62,763 nt of DNA from a virus (taxonomy: Duplodnaviria > Caudoviricetes), in the IMG/VR virus record IMGVR_UViG_3300044641_003586, positions 1 to 62,763 of that record; one strand, written 5' to 3'. The position numbers and the translations under genes are program-made. Position 1 is the first letter of the stretch, and the number at the start of each line of letters is the position of its first letter. The notes beneath the pieces were generated by a model that did not search any database, was not told where the DNA came from, and saw only the letters and a program-made list of their open reading frames with translations. Positions 59,905 through 62,763 of the stretch are shown here, piece by piece.

Positions 59905-60145
59905 CCAACCTTAACACCCCGTTGGCCGAGGGGAATATCGGCCACTTTATAATATGACACTCTCAGAACTCATTCAGCAACTCAACGACATCCACGCAAG
60001 CCTTGGTCGCGCTCCCAACATCGAGGTCAACTTTCGCATCGGTGATCCTCCAGACGATGAGGGCCAGTGCCAAATCTTCGACGTAGAATGGGAGCCACGG
60101 ATTCGTCTCGTCACCATTTGCGGGTAAAATTCAACCACACTCAAT

Positions 60146-60601
60146 ATGAAGTTACACATTGGCATCGACCCTGGGCAGTCAGGAGGAATTGCCATCATCC
60201 CCGACAATAATCCCGCAAAAGCGTGGGCCGTAAAAATGCCTGATACACTGGCTGATTTGTGGGATGAACTGAGCAAGCATGAGCCTAGATGGGCTGGTGT
60301 TGAGGGCTTCGTTGTCCACGCATATCTTGAGCGTGTCCACTCCATGCCGGGACAAGGAGTTGCTTCATCATTCAAGTTCGGCCAAGGCTTCGGCCACCTT
60401 GAGATGGCACTCACCGCTGCACGCATTCCTTACACTTACGTCACTCCTCAGAAGTGGCAGAAGGAGCTTCAATGTCTCACCAAGGGTGACAAGAACATCA
60501 GCAAAGCGCGAGCACAGCAGTTGTTCCCGCATATCAAGGTGACTCACGCGATTGCAGATGCCCTGCTCATCGCTGAATACTGCCGGAGGACCATGAAGTG
60601 A
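60146..60601 (+). CDS. RuvC-like Holliday junction resolvase
   Basis: IGIDPG.SGG, LERV..MPGQGV.S.F.FG, VTPQKW, ADALLIA. Confidence 0.88.
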   Translation: MKLHIGIDPGQSGGIAIIPDNNPAKAWAVKMPDTLADLWDELSKHEPRWAGVEGFVVHAYLERVHSMPGQGVASSFKFGQGFGHLEMALTAARIPYTYVTPQKWQKELQCLTKGDKNISKARAQQLFPHIKVTHAIADALLIAEYCRRTMK

Positions 60602-60846
60602 TGCCCAACGCCAAACAGCCATCCCCCGCACGCAGGCTCCACGAACAGATGGCACGCTTGCTCAACGGGACAAAAGCTCATCACGACGAAGTTACCGAAA
60701 TCCTCATTGCGTTTCTAGCGATTCAAGTTTCCAGCTACAATCCGCTTGAGCGCATAGACGTTTGGGACGCAGTTATTGATACCCTTGACGACATGATCGA
60801 AGAAATCAGCGAAATGAAGGACGAAGAAATCACAATACAAAACTGA
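60598..60846 (+). CDS. hypothetical protein
   Basis: Coupled to the resolvase gene. Confidence 0.55.
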   Translation: MMPNAKQPSPARRLHEQMARLLNGTKAHHDEVTEILIAFLAIQVSSYNPLERIDVWDAVIDTLDDMIEEISEMKDEEITIQN

Positions 60847-60847
60847 T

Positions 60848-61132
60848 ATGACATCCGAATCCAAACTTGAAGCAGTCTGCAAAGAACTTGACGAGGCAAA
60901 TGCAGAACTTAACATAAAATATATTGAGTATGACAGGTTGTTCGATGAGGCAGAGAAAATTAGGCAAGAACGCGACGAGGCTCAAACCAAACTCAAAGAG
61001 GCCACGGAGCTGATGAAAGATGCCATGTGGCAACTTATGACTTTCCTGAAACCCGCAGACACAAAAACTAAAAACATTATCCATGCACTTTATCACGCGA
61101 CCGACACAATGGACAATCATACCGCAAGGTGA
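60848..61132 (+). CDS. hypothetical coiled-coil protein (ERDEA motif)
   Basis: 94-aa ORF in the operon. Confidence 0.55.
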   Translation: MTSESKLEAVCKELDEANAELNIKYIEYDRLFDEAEKIRQERDEAQTKLKEATELMKDAMWQLMTFLKPADTKTKNIIHALYHATDTMDNHTAR

Positions 61133-61310
61133 ACCCATCTTCCACGAATTAGCCACCGTCATCACCATTGAAGATGACGCTGCTGGCGAGCTTTTGAAAA
61201 TCAAACAACACTATGACAATCCAGAGCCATCCACAATCTTCATTGAGGCTGATTATTGGCCTGTCCTTCGCCAAGCGATTGACGATGCGGTTGCTGGAAT
61301 AAAAAACTAA
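61083..61310 (+). CDS. hypothetical protein
   Basis: P.GEPIF.E.AT.I.IEDDAAGE...W..LR.AID, a phage-typical motif; start uncertain. Confidence 0.6.
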   Translation: MHFITRPTQWTIIPQGEPIFHELATVITIEDDAAGELLKIKQHYDNPEPSTIFIEADYWPVLRQAIDDAVAGIKN

Positions 61311-61388
61311 TTCAAAAAACATTCAGAATCCCTATTGACTCTCGTTCGCCTTTGTGCGAGCAAACCTAGTCGCAAGACAACCCACAAT

Positions 61389-62288
61389 ATGAAAACAAAT
61401 AATAACATCATCACCAACACTGAAACCATCCGCCCACTTGTTCGCGGATTCTACGATTTGCAAAAGCTACGCATCCACACGGGCAACCGTTTGTGTGCTC
61501 AGTTCAGGTCCAAGCTAGGGCTGCAATCTTCCGAGAAGGAAGAAGAAGATGAAAAGGCCGAAGAAGTCCTCGACATCATTCGTGCTTCATACAAGAAGCT
61601 CACCGATGGGGTGAAGAAGGAATTGCCAAACATGAAGTCCTTCGTGGGCGACGAGGTGATTTCCGACTACACCGAGCTTTGCCTTGTCTCGCAATACATT
61701 GACCTTGAATCCCGCGAGAGCACACACCTTCGCCGCATCGAGAACATCGTGCAGGAACACCCATTGTGGGATGCGTTCTTCGCAGGCGTCCGTGGTTGCG
61801 GTCCAACAATGGCAGGCGTAATCTTGTGCGATATTGACATTACTCGCGCTACCTATCCAAGCTCTCTCTGGCAATACTCAGGTTTTGGCGTTGAAGCAGA
61901 TGGTCGCGGCACCAGTCGCCGCAAAGAGCACATGCACCGCATCAGCTACTTGGACAAGGAGGGCAAGCCTGCCGAGCGAGATGGCATTCGCTACAATCCT
62001 TGGCTCAAGACCAAGCTGTATGTCCTTGGCACTTGCTTCGTCAAGGCTGGCGGCTTGTATCGCAGTTACTACGACAACTACAAGAACCGCTTGGAGAACA
62101 GCCCGAAATGGGTGGAATCAAGCAAAGGACACCGACACAACGCCGCGATGCGTTACATGATTAAGCGGTTCCTCGTTGATCTTTACAAGGCTTGGAGGCC
62201 GCTTGAGGGTCTGCCAGTTGCGCCAGAATACGGCGAAGGCAAACTTGGCATCATCCACGGCCAAGTGAAGCTGCCAATGGCGGCATAG
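61389..62288 (+). CDS. Nop-domain (IS110/Nop5-related) RNA-binding protein, TasA-like, with no nuclease domain
   Basis: Coiled coil (YDLQKLRI..GNRL), then HPLW..F..VRGCGPTMAG.IL, SSLWQYSG, YNPWLKT, YR.YYD.YK.R, GHRHNAAMRYMIK.FL.DL...WR..EGL. No N-terminal RuvC/DEDD. Array abuts the stop codon. Confidence 0.85.
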   Translation: MKTNNNIITNTETIRPLVRGFYDLQKLRIHTGNRLCAQFRSKLGLQSSEKEEEDEKAEEVLDIIRASYKKLTDGVKKELPNMKSFVGDEVISDYTELCLVSQYIDLESRESTHLRRIENIVQEHPLWDAFFAGVRGCGPTMAGVILCDIDITRATYPSSLWQYSGFGVEADGRGTSRRKEHMHRISYLDKEGKPAERDGIRYNPWLKTKLYVLGTCFVKAGGLYRSYYDNYKNRLENSPKWVESSKGHRHNAAMRYMIKRFLVDLYKAWRPLEGLPVAPEYGEGKLGIIHGQVKLPMAA

Positions 62289-62623
62289 ATTTTGTCATGC
62301 TTGCTTAGTCACCCATCACCGTCGAGCGAGTCAATAACGCTGAGTCACCCATATGTTACGAGCGAGTCAATCAACGTAAATCATCCCTCACAGAGAAGCG
62401 AGTCAGGAGCACGCATACACCCATTAAATCGGAGCGAACCATAAACCATCTAGCCACCCAAGCTGGTTAAGTGAGCCTAGCGCCTAAAGTCACCCAAGAT
62501 ATATGAGCGAGTCATGTCCAGAAAGTCACCCCAGAGGGCACTAGCGAGTCAGTATGCTAAAGCCAACCAAAGCCCATTTGCGAGTCAAGTGACTAGAGAC
62601 ACCCAACATCTTGTAGCGAGTCA
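62289..62623 (+). ncRNA. TIGR-like tandem interspaced guide RNA array (9 units, ~36-nt period)
   Basis: Alternating 9-nt repeats AGCGAGTCA (10 copies, the first degenerate) and AGTCACCCA (9 copies), separated by 18 unique 9(-10)-nt spacers. Confidence 0.88.
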
Positions 62624-62763
62624 ACTATGAGCGATACTTGACACCCTGACCGTCCGGGGTAATGGGCGGGTGTGCCGGGTAGCTGCGTGAGAAACAGTCC
62701 GGTCAAAATCGAGCCTAACTTTAAATGCTGCCCACCTTCCGGCGACCTCCTTGCTCAGGATTT

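Noticed and set aside
60146-60601. RuvC gene as the in-trans nuclease of the Tas-like system
   Set aside because: Looks like an ordinary phage resolvase within the recombination cluster and is separated by three genes; no evidence of coupling.
61335-62288. IS110-family transposase / insertion sequence
   Set aside because: Lacks the N-terminal DEDD RuvC-like domain and a recognisable catalytic-serine motif. It sits in an operon and is followed by a dual-repeat array, which fits a Tas-like protein better.
62289-62623. CRISPR array
   Set aside because: Repeats and spacers are only 9 nt, two repeat types alternate, and there are no cas genes.
1-62763. Terminal repeat/circularity, integrase, DGR or reverse transcriptase
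   Set aside because: No end overlap was noticed, and no integrase or RT motifs were recognised in the ORF track.

Overview
The window is most or all of a tailed dsDNA phage genome (Caudoviricetes, podovirus-like). Overlapping spanin genes point to a Gram-negative host, and TGTTC-N4-GAACA boxes point to Verrucomicrobia. A minus-strand late block (~2.8-50 kb) carries portal, scaffold, major capsid, fibre/tail proteins, a 3673-aa polyvalent internal virion protein, lysis genes and several glycosyltransferases. The large terminase is inverted inside this block. A plus-strand early block (50.3-62.7 kb, apparently continuing at 1-2.7 kb) carries amidoligase + GATase, RecT/RecE, SSB-like protein, RuvC-like resolvase, helicase and primase. 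I recognised no DNA polymerase or integrase. The standout feature is at 61389-62623: a nuclease-less Nop/IS110-related protein immediately followed by a 36-nt-period dual-repeat array with 18 distinct ~9-nt spacers. This is a TIGR-Tas-like (TasA-type) RNA-guided system. Other notable items are a 112-nt tRNA-like RNA with a non-canonical anticodon arm plus an adjacent second structured element, a small gene nested out of frame in the giant protein gene, tandem LexA-like boxes, a probable virion-glycosylation system and a strict (GGC-NNY)37 array. All family assignments come from motif recognition by eye; no searches were run.
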